Positions 43,089 through 58,265 of a DNA stretch of 64,000 nt are shown here, in pieces (the stretch's first letter is position 1; every line of letters starts with the position of its first letter). The position numbers were made by a program, and so were the translations under genes. The stretch lies in assembly GCA_964016885.1 (NCBI GenBank), contig OZ024740.1, forward strand, positions 222,394,001 to 222,458,000, written 5' to 3'. Under the pieces are notes generated by a model that did no database searches, was not told where the DNA came from, and saw only the letters and a program-made list of their open reading frames with translations. This DNA comes from Eledone cirrhosa (taxonomy: Eukaryota).

Positions 43089-43356
43089 CTATATATATAT
43101 ATATATATATATATGATATATATATATATATATATACAATATATATATATATATATACTATATATATATATATATACTATATATATATATACTATATATA
43201 TATACTATATATATATATATATATACTATATATATATATACTATATATATATATATATATATACTATATACATATATACTTACTATATATATATATATAT
43301 ATATACTATATATATATATATATATACTATATATATGTACTATATATATATATATT

Positions 43357-43398
<42 letters not shown>

Positions 43399-43703
43399 TA
43401 TATATATATACACTATATATAGATATACTATATATATATGCTATATATATATATACTATATATATATATATATACTATATATACTATATATATATACTAT
43501 ATATATACTATATATATACTATATATATATATATAATATATATATATATACTATATATATATATGCTATACATATATATAGTATATATATATATATACTA
43601 TATATATATATACTATATATATATATAGTATATATATATATATAGTATATATATATATATATACTATATATATATATGTATATAGTATATATATATATAT
43701 ATA

Positions 43704-43780
<77 letters not shown>

Positions 43781-43961
43781 TATATATAGTATGTGTATAT
43801 ATATATATATATATAAATATATAGTATATATATGTATATTTATATAGTATATATATATAGTATATATATATATAGTATATATATATATATATATAATATA
43901 TATATATATAGTAAATATATATAGTATATATATATATATATAGTATATATATATATATATA

Positions 43962-44005
<44 letters not shown>

Positions 44006-44835
44006 TATATATATTGTATATATATACTATATATATATATATATATATATATACTATATATATATATATACTATATATATATACTATGTATATATACATA
44101 TATATACTATATATATATATATATATATGTACTATATATATATATATACTATATATACACATAAATATATATATATACTATATATATATATATACTATAT
44201 ATATATACTATATTTATATATATATATATATACTATATATATATATATATATATACTATATATATATATATATACTATATATACATATAAATATATATAT
44301 ATACTATATATATATATATATATACTATATATATATATATATACTATATATATATATATATACTATATATATATATATATATACTATATATATATATATA
44401 TACTATATATATATATACTATATATATATATATATATACTATATATATATATATATACTATATATATATATATATTTTATATATATATACTATATATATA
44501 TACACTATATATAGATATACTATATATATATATATACTATATATATATACTATATATATATACTATATTTATACTATATATATACTATATATATACACTA
44601 TATATATACTATATATATATATATACTATATATATATACTATATATTTATATACTATATATATATATACTATATATACTATATATATATATATACTATAT
44701 ATATATATATATATATACTATATATATACTATATATATATACTATATATATATATATATATGCTATATATATATACTATATATATAGACATATATATATA
44801 TACTATATATATATATATATACACATACTATATAA

Positions 44836-44866
<31 letters not shown>

Positions 44867-45074
44867 GGAACCAGTAAGACCCCGACAGCTGAGCTCAAGC
44901 CGTTTCAACGGCTAATTCAGTCCAGAATTAGCCGTTGAAACGGCTTGAGCTCAGCTGTCGGGGTCTTACTGGTTCCTATTACCCACTCTACTACCTCAAG
45001 TATTGAGTACTTTGGTGCGTTATGGTCCACCTGGTTCCTTACCACATTTCCTTCGTTATATATATATATATATA

Positions 45075-45163
<89 letters not shown>

Positions 45164-45169
45164 TATATA

Positions 45170-45243
<74 letters not shown>

Positions 45244-45306
45244 TATATATATATATATACTATATATATATATACTATATATATATACTATATATATATA
45301 TATATA

Positions 45307-45345
<39 letters not shown>

Positions 45346-45422
45346 TATAGATATATACTATATATATATATATATATACTATATATATATATATATATAC
45401 TATATATATATATATATATATA

Positions 45423-45467
<45 letters not shown>

Positions 45468-45498
45468 CTATATATATATACTATATATACATACTATA

Positions 45499-45823
45499 TG
45501 AACATTAATCAGTATAAAATGAGGATGAAAAACTCAGAGCTGTATGGGAGCATCCCAAAAGTCAGCTCAAAAGTGACACAGAGGAGACTGAGGTTGGCTG
45601 GACATGCTCACCGACATCCAGCGTTGACATTGCACTCAGTGCTCCTTTGGGAGCCCCTACATGGACACACTAGAAGAGGAAGACCAAGGTTAACATATGT
45701 TGATGCCCTAAGGACAGACACTGGTCTGTTGGAGATGCAGGATATGGCAGCGATAATGAGGGACAGAGACCGCTGGAGAGAACTCGTCCATGGATCTCGG
45801 GAAGTTTACCCGCCTTAGATAGA
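45499..45823 (+). mobile_element. RTE family C 3' fragment, duplicate of 41888-42212
   Basis: Identical translation, offset 3611. Confidence 0.9.
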
Positions 45824-45868
45824 TACATACTATATATATATACTATATATATATATTATTTATACTAT

Positions 45869-45911
<43 letters not shown>

Positions 45912-46396
45912 TATATATACTATATATATATATACTATATATATACTATATATATATACAATATATATATACTATATATATATATACTTTATATATATAT
46001 ACTATATATATATACTATATATGTATACTATATATATATACTATATATATATACTATATATATATACTATATATGTATACTATATATATATACTATATAT
46101 ATACTATATATATATACTATATATATATACTATATATATACTATATAGATATACTATATATATACTATATATATATACTATATATATAATATATATATAT
46201 ACTATATATATATACTATATATATACTATATATATAGTATATATATATACTATATATATATACTATATATATAGTATATATATATACTATATATATAAAT
46301 ATACTATATATATACTATATATATATACTATATATATATTTATACTATATATATATACATATATATATACTATATATACATATATATATATATATA

Positions 46397-46430
<34 letters not shown>

Positions 46431-46668
46431 TATATATATATATATACTATATATATATACATATATATATATACATATATATACTATATATATATATATA
46501 CTATATATATACTATATATATATATACTTATATATATATACATATATATATACTATATATATATACATATATATATACTATATATATATACATATATATA
46601 TATACTATATATATATATATATATAAATATATATACATATATATATATACTATATATATATATACTGT

Positions 46669-46699
<31 letters not shown>

Positions 46700-46967
46700 C
46701 TATATATATATATATATATATATATGATATATATATATATATATATACAATATATATATATATATATACTATATATATATATATATACTATATATATATA
46801 TACTATATATATATACTATATATATATATATATATACTATATATATATATACTATATATATATATATATATATACTATATACATATATACTTACTATATA
46901 TATATATATATATATACTATATATATATATATATATACTATATATATGTACTATATATATATATATT

Positions 46968-47009
<42 letters not shown>

Positions 47010-47314
47010 TATATATATATACACTATATATAGATATACTATATATATATGCTATATATATATATACTATATATATATATATATACTATATATACTATAT
47101 ATATATACTATATATATACTATATATATACTATATATATATATATAATATATATATATATACTATATATATATATGCTATACATATATATAGTATATATA
47201 TATATATACTATATATATATATACTATATATATATATAGTATATATATATATATAGTATATATATATATATATACTATATATATATATGTATATAGTATA
47301 TATATATATATATA

Positions 47315-47391
<77 letters not shown>

Positions 47392-47572
47392 TATATATAG
47401 TATGTGTATATATATATATATATATAAATATATAGTATATATATGTATATTTATATAGTATATATATATAGTATATATATATATAGTATATATATATATA
47501 TATATAATATATATATATATAGTAAATATATATAGTATATATATATATATATAGTATATATATATATATATA

Positions 47573-47616
<44 letters not shown>

Positions 47617-48025
47617 TATATATATTGTATATATATACTATATATATATATATATATATATATACTATATATATATATATACTATATATATATACTATGT
47701 ATATATACATATATATACTATATATATATATATATATATGTACTATATATATATATATACTATATATACACATAAATATATATATATACTATATATATAT
47801 ATATACTATATATATATACTATATTTATATATATATATATATACTATATATATATATATATATATACTATATATATATATATATACTATATATACATATA
47901 AATATATATATATACTATATATATATATATATATACTATATATATATATATACTATATATATATATATATACTATATATATATATATACTATATATATAT
48001 ACTATATATATATACTATTTATATA

Positions 48026-48198
<173 letters not shown>

Positions 48199-48216
48199 TA
48201 TATATATATATATATA

Positions 48217-48252
<36 letters not shown>

Positions 48253-48628
48253 TATATATATATATATATGTATATATATACTATCTATATGTATATATAT
48301 ATACTATATATATGTATATATATATACCATCTATATATATATATACTATCTATATGTATATATATACCATCTATATATATATATATACTATCTATATGTA
48401 TATATATACCATCTATATATATATATACTATCTATATGAATATATATACCATCTATATATTTTATATACCATCTATATATATATATATATACCATCTATA
48501 TATATATTTACTATCTATATATATATATAGTATATATATATATATAGTATATATATATATATAGTGTATATATATATATATATATATATATATTGTATAT
48601 ATATTTATATATAGTATATATATATATA

Positions 48629-48666
<38 letters not shown>

Positions 48667-48714
48667 TATCTATATATATATATATATATACTATCTATAT
48701 ATATATATATACTA

Positions 48715-48803
<89 letters not shown>

Positions 48804-48834
48804 TATCTATATATATATATACTATCTATATATA

Positions 48835-48896
<62 letters not shown>

Positions 48897-48979
48897 ATGT
48901 AGGAGGTGAGTTTTATTGTAGTTGATTTAAAACTGCACTATCCACAAGTGTTTTTTAGCCTTCATATCATGTTCTCCTG

Positions 48980-49046
48980 TTTTATCTGATGAAAAGACAA
49001 ATATTATTGCATGATGATGTTTGTTTTTGAAATGCGCATAATAAAA
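48980..49046 (+). ncRNA. Type I hammerhead in an island of about 180 bp (48897-49080)
   Basis: ttttat CTGATGA aaagacaaatatt...gatgtttgttttt GAAA tgcgca TA ataaaa. Confidence 0.85.
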
Positions 49047-49101
49047 TACATGGAACTCCTTTAACCATCTTTTGATCTTATATTATATATATATATATAT
49101 A

Positions 49102-49208
<107 letters not shown>

Positions 49209-49238
49209 TATATATAAATATATATAAATATATATATA

Positions 49239-50779
49239 CATCATCATCATCATAATCATCATCAACTTTTAACGTCCGTGTTCCACGCTTGCATGGGTTT
49301 GGACGGGGGTTTCCCACTTGAGGCAAGAGTGATTATCTTGCTCGCATAGGACTATCTGGCGGGTTTTCTACAGCTGGATGCCCTTCCTAACACCAACCAC
49401 ATTTACAGTGTGGGGCTGGGAGGTTTTTACCGTGTTGCCTACACGGCCACATTACAGCGTGAACTGTGTGTTTTTTTGACGTGACACCTACACGATCTCA
49501 TTTGTTTCCGCCTGGATGTTGTGGCACCAACATAATTTTACATTGAAAGGGGCGGTGTGGATAGGGTGGGGGTGGTGGGACGGGGGTGTATTTTGTTAGA
49601 GATGCCTACTGACTGTAGTAGGTTTTACTTTGTATTTAGGTAAGGCGGGTCTTCTCTATTGCTGTGTACCGCCAAAGGTCTCGGTCCAGTGACATTGTCT
49701 TGGAGAGGTGTAAGTGTGTGAGGTCGGAATTTATCAGCTTGTCCCAAGTTTTTCTGGGTCTACCTATTCCGTGGCTACCGTCTATCTTTATTGCCCTGCA
49801 CTTTGTTATACAGCTATCGTCCTTCATGCGCATCACGTGACCATACCAACGGAGCCTTCTCTCGAGTAAACAACATCTGATCCCTCTATTTCTAATTTTT
49901 TCCTTAGTTCGTTTATACTTTGCCGTTCACGTATATTACTATTACACATTCAGCGGAGCATGCAAGCTTCGTTTCTCTCTAGTCTGCGTATATCCTCTGC
50001 ACACAATGCCCAGGTCTCACTGCCATGCAACATTGCTGTTCGTATGCAGGCATCATACAGTCTGCCTTTCATTTTTAGGGAGAACCCTTTAGCGGCTAGT
50101 AGAGGTATAAGCTCTCTGAACTTTTTCTACCCAGTTCTGATTCTAGCTACTGTACTTTCAGAGCACCCTCCCCCACTGCTGATTTTGTCACCCAGGTAAC
50201 GGAAGCTTTCCACTATTTCTATAGAACCCTCTGCGCAGTTGAAAGAGCTCGTATTTTGTGGGCACTTGCTGCTACTTATTGCCCCAGAACACCGGCCACA
50301 TGTAAAATCTATGTTCTTAGTTAGCTTACCTGTGATCCCACTACATCTTTTATGCACCCATACTTTGCATTTGGGACACAAAATGGAGTTTCTACCTACG
50401 CCTTTCCTACACGCTGAGCATGGCCACTTCCCGGAGGGGACCGCCGCCTTATTTTCTTTCTTGCAAACTAGAACTTTAGTCTTAGCCAGGTTAATTTTCA
50501 GGCCTTTTGATTCTTGGCCGTGCTTCCATGTTTGGAATTTCTTCTCTAGCTCGGCCATTGATTCAGCTATGAGCATTAGATCATCTGCGTATAGGAGTTC
50601 CCATGGGCAGCCGGTCTTGAACTCCACTGTTATAGCCTGGAGTGCAACACTAAATAGTAGGGGGCTAAGAACAGAGCCGTGATGAACACCAACTTTTACA
50701 CTAAACTCTTCACTATATTCGTTGTTAATTCTAACCTTGCTGACTGTTTCTTTATACATGGCTTGTATAGCTCTCACAA

Positions 50780-50784
<5 letters not shown>
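49239..50784 (-). mobile_element. RTE family A, 5'-truncated copy 2
   Basis: YADD, PHD, FRYLG; same 3' UTR and (GAT)n tail as copy 1. Confidence 0.93.
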
Positions 50785-50844
<60 letters not shown>

Positions 50845-51013
50845 TATATATACTAAAATATATTATATATACTATAATATATTATATATACTATAATATA
50901 TTATATATACTATAATATATTATATATACTATAATATATTATATATACTATAATATATTATATATACTATATATATATATATACTATATATATATTTACT
51001 ATATATATAAATA

Positions 51014-51072
<59 letters not shown>

Positions 51073-51146
51073 ATTTTATATATATATAATATATTTTTAT
51101 ATATACATATATATATATATTATATATACTATATATATATATATAT

Positions 51147-51505
51147 TAGAATTGGTGCTCTGCAATAGCGATGTATATATGAATCTATCCATAGTATATT
51201 TTGCAATACACTGTATGCTTAATTAAAAACATTTTGAAGACCTTACGCTATTGTTCTAAAGTAGTGACTATGTCACTTACTTCTTTTTTCAACAAACAAA
51301 TGGAAATAAGCTTGCAGATCTCTGTTTCATACTGTGGGTATTCGTCAGAGCCTAGCACTCTCCTTGTCTGATGAAAATTAGAAATATATACATCGCTATT
51401 TCAGAGCACTAATTTTCAATTTTTGCTGCACCGGCAACCACTCTGTATAATCAGTTTCTGATTATTACTGCAATTCTATAAGAATCCAACATTTCTAATT
51501 TTCAA
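51147..51505. mobile_element. Diverged relative of the 310-bp retrozyme-like unit, with an internal inversion
   Basis: Shares gctctg.aatagcgat.tata, aacattttgaagacct, ccggcaacc and ttctataag with the array. Reconstructed unit is about 312 nt. Confidence 0.75.
51308..51353 (-). ncRNA. Hammerhead ribozyme, probably inactivated (GCA at the cleavage triplet)
   Basis: aggct CTGACGA atac ccaca gtat GAAA cagagatctg CA agctt. Confidence 0.7.
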
Positions 51506-51666
51506 CAATTGGATTGGAGGAGGTGAAGTTCAGGTAAGATTGGGAGTCTGTTGGTCCAATGAAGATGTAAGTAGAGAGGGTGTGGTGAGAGTGATTAATA
51601 GATAGAGAGATATCTAGAAAAATGACATAAGAATCGGAGATGGGGGCGGTGAGTTTGAAGAAACAT

Positions 51667-51964
51667 GGAGGCACATAGCTTTGTGGTTAGAGCATTGGCA
51701 ATGCAATCGAAAGATTGTGAGTTTAATTCTCAGACAGGGCCATGTGTTGTTTCCTTGAGCAAGGCACTTTATTTCACATTGCTCCAGTTTACTCAGCTGT
51801 AGAAAGTTGTTGTGGAGGTGCCATGGCAAAAAAAGCACCCAGCACTCACTGTAAATGAGGTTGGTGTTAGGAAGGGCATCCAGCTGTAGAAATCAAGCCA
51901 GAATCAGTTCCTGTCCCACCCTTGCAAGCAGTGAAAAGTGGACGTAAAATGAAATGATGATGAT
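51667..51964 (+). mobile_element. SINE family B (tRNA head, CORE-like domain, 'ggaagggcatcc' domain, RTE tail)
   Basis: A/B-box-like head; ccttgagcaaggcacttt..ccagtttactcagctgtagaaa; tail cccttgcaagcag.gaaaagtggacgtaaaatga(tga)n. Confidence 0.88.
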
Positions 51965-52121
51965 TATATATACATACTATATATATATATATATACACAT
52001 ATATATATATATATATATACACTATATGTATATATATATGTATATATATATATATATATACTATATATATATACATATTATATACATATATATATACACA
52101 TATATATATATACACTATATG

Positions 52122-52155
<34 letters not shown>

Positions 52156-52195
52156 TAAATATAAATATATATATATATACACTATATATATATAG

Positions 52196-55100
52196 TAGTT
52201 TAATGTCCTGGGTATGACATTAAACTACATCCAGTGGCAAGGCTCCAGTTCGGGAGTTCAGGAGCTGTGGAGAATGTGGAGTTACCCCTTAGTTATCATA
52301 ACTCCCAGGTCTGCTCTGGCCTGGAGTATTAGTACCGGTTAAGGCCCCATTTATATAACTACCTTATTCGAGTGGCGCTGGTAAAGTATTGTCAGCCATT
52401 GAAAAGAAATATGGAGAGTCTATCTAACAGCTCTAGGATTAGAGCCCCTAATTACACTGTCAAGGAGCAGTCTGGTTGTTATGACTCTAATGGCTTAGAG
52501 CCACAGGGGGGGCCCATGGATGATGGATCAGCTGTCTCTGAGACAAATATAAAGAATGCAGTTTTGTCCTGCAGAAGAGCCATCAAAATGGGCACTTTGA
52601 ATGTGAGGACTATTCTGACGCTGGAGAAGAGAGAGGAGTTGGGACATCTGTTCGAGGAGAGTGGTATACAGATACTTGTGATCCAAGAACACAGGATCCT
52701 ACATGATGAGCCCGTGAGGAGTGTGATGATTGGGAAGATGAGCTCATCACTACATCGGCAGTGAGGAACATAACCGATGCTGCAGTGGGAGGAGTGGGTT
52801 TTGTTTTCAGCACAAAAACCAGAATATTGGTGAGGGAAATAATGCCTGTCTCCCCACGAGTGTTGAGGGTGACCTTCAATGGAAACCCAGGACTGACAGT
52901 TATCTCAGCCTACAGTCCAACCGAGGAAGACAATAATTGTTTCTACTTTAGGCACAAGGCCAGCAATTACCCAGTGCATTACTGGTACTTTATTTTATCG
53001 ACCCCGTAAGGATGAAAGGCAAAGTCAACCTCGGCGGGATTTGAACTCAGATCGTAAAGAGACGTAACTATGCTGGAAAGCATGGCGTCCGACCCTCTAC
53101 CGATAATGTGAGTGCAGAAGAGTTCCATGAGGAGGTGTGTAGAACTGTCAACACTACACAACATCCTGCTTGTTTTGGGGGACTTCAATGCACATCTCAG
53201 TAAGGAGGGCAGTGAAGATCATTGCTGGTACTTCCATAACAACACCAACTGAAATGGAAGACTACTGAGAGACACCCTGCTGGAGGCGAACTTGATAGTG
53301 ACTAACCTAAGGTTTAGGAAGAATCCGGGGAAGATGTGGACCTTCATCTCGGATATGCACCTGTCCAAGTCCCAGATTGATTTCATTCTGGTGAGGAAAA
53401 AGTGGCGGAATAGTGTTCTGAACACAGAACCATACAACTATTTCAGTACACTGGGTAGTGACCACCAGCTTGTTATGAGTGAGGTCCAGGTGAGCTTAAG
53501 AAAGAGCAAGGCTCAGCGCCAGAGAGTAATCTATGACTGGGGAGCTTTCAAGGAAGATGATAAGCTACAGGAGAGGTTCACAGTGGAAGTGAGGAACAGG
53601 TTCACTGCTCTGTGTGGAGAGACAGAGGAGAGAGAGATTGGATGGTCTGAGGAGAGTGTGACGAGGATGTACGGGCACTTCACCAATGCAGTGGCGGAAG
53701 CAAGTGAGACCCTGGTGCCGAGGAGAAAGAACAAAAGGAAGCACGTCAGCTCTGCAGACCCAAAAGTGTGTGCAGCCAGAGAATACCTGAAAGCTTCCAA
53801 GGACCAATGCTATGCTGATCCTACGGAGTAGAGAATGGAGACTGTGGAGGTGATGTGAGAAGAACACTGTACCATTTACACTGAGGCCAGAGAGGAGGCA
53901 CTGATAGAGAAGATCAGAAGTGTGGAGAGAGCGGTTGACAGGTCTGGATGTAAGGAGAGCTGGATGATCATCAACAAGATCACAGGAAGGAAGAGGAGGT
54001 GTTTGCATCAGATCCAGGGAACAGGGCCCGAGGATAGGTAGAGGAAATGGCCATATTAGGACCCTACTAGGAGAGCCACCCTTCACAGCCCAGAGCACTG
54101 GGGAGATCAGGCGGCTGTTTGAAGAACTGGATATAGAGACAGAGCCCTTCACCAGAGAGGAGCTTCAGAGAGCCAAGAAGATCAAGGAGGGCAAGGCTCA
54201 TGGAGAAGATGGAGTGGCATCAGAGGTGATGAAGAGGTGTGATTTTGATGATATCATCCTGGGGTTCTGTAACCAGGCACTGGAGAAAGGAGTTGCCCCG
54301 AATCAGTGGAGGATCAGTAACATTGTCCCAGTGCCAAAGAAGGGAGATCTCTTTAAAACCAACAACTACAGGGGCATCTCACTGATGTCACTTGTGGCAA
54401 AGACCCTCAACAAGATGATTCTTAACAGGATCCAGCCTGAGATGGAGAAGAAGCTCAGGGAAAGCCAGAACGGCTTCAGAGAGGGAAGATCAACCACCAG
54501 TCCCATCTTGATGCTGAGGAGGATATTAGAGGGAGGTAGAGCAAAGTGAATTCCTGCGGTCATGGTTTTCATTGACTTTAGGAAGGCCTTTGATTCTGTG
54601 AACCGTCACTGCCTGATGAAGATCTTACAGGCTTATGGAATCCCCAAGAAGATAGTGGACCTGATATCACTGCTCTACACCAACACCAAAGCCCAAGTCA
54701 TTACACCTGATGGGATGACAGAGATTTTTGAGATACTGGCTGGAGTGCTCCAGGGAGATACATTGGCTCCCTACCTTTTTATCATCGTAGTGGACTATTG
54801 TATGCACCTTGCACTGGAGAAACACCAGGACTCTGGCTCTACTGTAGCACTGGCTCAGAGCAGGAGAGTTAAGGCAAAAAAGATATCACATGCTGAATTT
54901 GCCGACAACATAATTTTGGTGACATATACAGTGAAGGAGGCAGATGATTTGATGCAGGAGGTTGAGACTGTGTCGATGAGTGTGGGGCTGAGAATGAATG
55001 AGACTAAAACAAAATATCTGGTACAGAATGTTGAGAAGACAGAGGGGATCACTAATGTAGGCGGGAAGCCGCTAGAATTGGTTGAGGACTTCCTGTATTT

Positions 55101-55652
55101 GGGAGCAAAGATTGGGAATACGGAAGATGATGTGGTTGAGAGGAAGAGCAAAGCCTGGGCAGTGTGCCACAGCTTGAGATCAGTGTGGAAGTCGGACCTT
55201 CGTAAAGACCTGAAAATCCGCCTCTTCATTGTAGTGGAGTCTGTGCTGCTGTACGGGTCTGAGACTTGGACACTGACCAAGAAGCTCACTCAGATGGTGG
55301 ATGGATGCTACATGAGAATGCTGAGGATGGCTCTGAACATTAATCAGTATACACTGAGGATGAAAAACTCAGAGCTGTATCGGAGCCTCCCAAAAGTCAG
55401 CTCAAAAGTGACAAGGAGGAGACTGAGGTTAGCTGGACATGCTCACCGACATCCAGAGTTGACCTTGAACTCAGTGCTCCTGTGGGAGCCCCTACATGGA
55501 CACACTGAAAGAGGAATACCAAGGTTAACATTTGTTGATGCCCTAAGGGCAGACACTGGTCTGTTGGAGATGCAGGACATGGCAGCGATAATGAGGGACA
55601 GGCCGCTGGAGAGAACTCGTCCATGGATCTCGGAAATGTTACCCGCGCTAGA
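52196..55652 (+). mobile_element. Near full-length RTE-clade LINE family C (APE endonuclease and RT), decayed
   Basis: GTLNVRT, IQEHR, GVGF, SAYSPT, LGDFNAH, QIDFIL, SDHQLV; PKKGD..NYRGISL, QNGFR, FIDFRKAFDSV, GVLQGDTLAP, FLYLG, YGSETW. Confidence 0.93.
52933..53107 (-). mobile_element. SINE family A inserted in the RTE-C endonuclease
   Basis: Flanked by ATAAT at 52933 and 53103. Removing it restores ..SPTEEDNNVSAEEF.. Confidence 0.9.
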
Positions 55653-55670
55653 ATATATATATACACATAC

Positions 55671-55702
<32 letters not shown>

Positions 55703-55715
55703 CTATATATATATA

Positions 55716-55772
55716 TCATCATCATCATCATCATCAGTTTACGTCCGCTCTTCCCTGCTTGCAAGGGTGGGA
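55716..55772 (-). mobile_element. Minimal RTE-B/SINE-B tail fragment
   Basis: Reverse complement is gtcccacccttgcaagcagggaagagcggacgtaaac(tga)n. Confidence 0.75.
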
Positions 55773-55832
55773 CATATATATATATACACTATATGTATAT
55801 ATATATATGTATATATATATGTATATATATGT

Positions 55833-57866
55833 ATCATCATCATCATCATCATCAACGTTTAACGTCCGTGTTCCACGCTTGCATGGGTTTGGACGGGGGT
55901 AGTCCCACTTGAGGCAAGAGTGATTGTCTTGCTCGCATAGGACTGTCTGGCAGGTTTTCTACAGTTGGATGCCCTTCCTAACACCAACCACATTTACAGT
56001 GTGGGTCTGGGAGGTTTTTACCGTGTTGCCTACACGGCCACATTACAGCGTGGACTGTGTGTTTTTTTGTCGTGACATCTACACGATCTCATTTGTTTCG
56101 GCCTCGATGGCGCGGCACCAACATAACTTTACATAGAACGGGGTGGTGTGGATGGGGTGGGGGTGGTGGTGGTGGGACGGGGTGTATTTTGTTAGAGATG
56201 CCTACTGGCTGGAGTAGGTTTTACTATATATTTAGGTAAGGCGGGTTTTCTCTGTTACTGAGTACCGCCAAAGGTCTCGGTCCAGTGACATTGTCTTGGA
56301 GAGGTGTAAGTGTGTGATGTCGGAGTTTATCAGCTTGTCCCATGTTTTTCTAGGTCTGCCTATTGCGTGACTACCGTCTATCTTTATTGCCCTGCACTTT
56401 GTTATACAGCTATCGACTTTCATGCGCATCACGTGTCCATACCAACGTAGCCTTCTCTCGAGTAAACAACATCTGATCCCTCTTATCTCTAATTTTTTCC
56501 TTAGTTCGTTTATGCTTTGCCGTTCACATATATTACTGTTACACATCCAGCGGAGCATGCAAGCTTCGTTCCTCTCTAGTCTGCGTATATCCTCTGCACA
56601 CAATGCCCAGGTCTCACTGCCATGCAGCATTGCTGTTCGTATGCAGGCATCGTACAACCTGCCTTTCATTTTTAGGGAGAACCCTTTAGCAGCTAATAGT
56701 GGTATAAGCTCTCTGAACTTTTTCCAACCAGTTCTGACTCTAGCTACAGTACTTTCAGAGCACCCTCCCCCACTGCTGATTTTATCGCCCAGGTAACGGA
56801 AGCTGTCCACTATTTCTATAGAACCCTCTGCGCAATTGAAAGAGCTAGTATTTGTGGGCACTTGCTGCTACTTATTGCACCAGAGCACCGGCCACATGTA
56901 AAATCTATGTTCTTAGTTAGCTTACCTGTGATCCCACTACATCTTTTATGCACCCATACTTTGCATTTAGGACATAAAATGGAGTTTCTACCTACGCCTT
57001 TCCTACACACCGAGCACGACCATTTCCCAGAAGGGACCGCCGCCTTGTTTTCTTTCCTACAAACTAGTACTTTGGTCTTAGCCAGGTTAATTTTAAGTCC
57101 TTTTGACTCTAGGTCGTGCTTCCATGTTTGGAATTTCTTCTCTAGCTCGGCCATTGATTCCGCTATGAGTGTCAGGTCGTCTGCGTATAGGAGTTCCCAT
57201 GGGCAGCCTGTCTTGAACTCCTCTGTTATAGCCTGAAGGGCAATAATAAATAGTAGTGGGCTGAGAACAGAGCCCTGATGGACGCCAACTTTTACGCTAA
57301 ACTCTTCACTATATTCGTTGTTAATTCTAACCTTGCTGACTGTTTCTTTATACATGGCTTGTATAGCCCTCACAAGCCATTCGTCAACGCCTAGTTTTCT
57401 AAGAGCCCACCAGATAATGGAGCGGGGGACTCTGTCGAAGGCTTTCTCCAAGTCGACAAAAGCTAAGTAGAGGGGTTTACCTTTAGCTAGGTACTTCTCC
57501 TGTAGTTGTCGTACTATGAAAAGAGCGTCTGTGGTACTTTTGCCTGACACAAACCCGAACTGCATTTCATCTAGGTCAATTCTCTCTCTGATTAGTTGCG
57601 CTATTACTTTTTCCGTGACCTTCATGACCTGGTCGATTAATTTAATGCCTCTATAGTTACTCCTATCTAGGGCGTCTCCTTTACCCTTATAACAGTTAAC
57701 GATGATGCTGCTATGCCAGTCCTTCAGAACAACCCCATTCTGTACGACTTGGTTAACTATGCGGGTGACCATGGTGTGTCCCACCGTGCCAGATGCCTTC
57801 AGCATCTCAGCAACTATTTCCGAAGGCCCAGCCGCCTTACCCGTCTTCATATCCTTGATTGCCTTG
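55833..57866 (-). mobile_element. RTE family A, 5'-truncated copy 3 (longest)
   Basis: ORFs 56816-57934 and 56232-56861: KAAGP, YKGKGD..NYRGIKL, YADD, PHD, GRPRKTW. Confidence 0.95.
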
Positions 57867-57926
57867 TATATATATAGATATATATACAGGAGGCACATGC
57901 CCTGTATATATATAGATATATATACA

Positions 57927-58265
57927 GGAGGCACATGGCATAGTGGTTAGAGCATTGGCCTTGCAATCGAAAGGTTGTGAGTTCAATTCTCAGACTGAGT
58001 GATGTGTTGTTTCCCTGAGCGAGACACTTTATTTCACATTGCTCCAGTTTACTCAGCTGTAGAAATGAGATGATAGGACTGGGCTCTCTATCAATCCACT
58101 GTAAAGTGGACATGTAGGCGCCATGGAAAAAAAGCACCCAGCACTCACTGTAAATAAGGTTGGTGTTAGGAAGGGCATCCAGCTGTAGAAATCAAGCCAG
58201 AATCAGTTCCCGTCCCACCCTTGTAAGCAGGGAAAAGTGGACGTAAAATGAAATGATGATGATGA
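57927..58265 (+). mobile_element. SINE family B, full-length
   Basis: ggaggcacatggcatagtggttagagc...gagttcaattc...ggaagggcatcc...ggacgtaaaatgaaat(gat)n. Confidence 0.9.

Noticed and set aside
57927-58000. tRNA gene
   Set aside because: It is a tRNA-derived SINE head continuous with a SINE body, and it has no proper acceptor stem.
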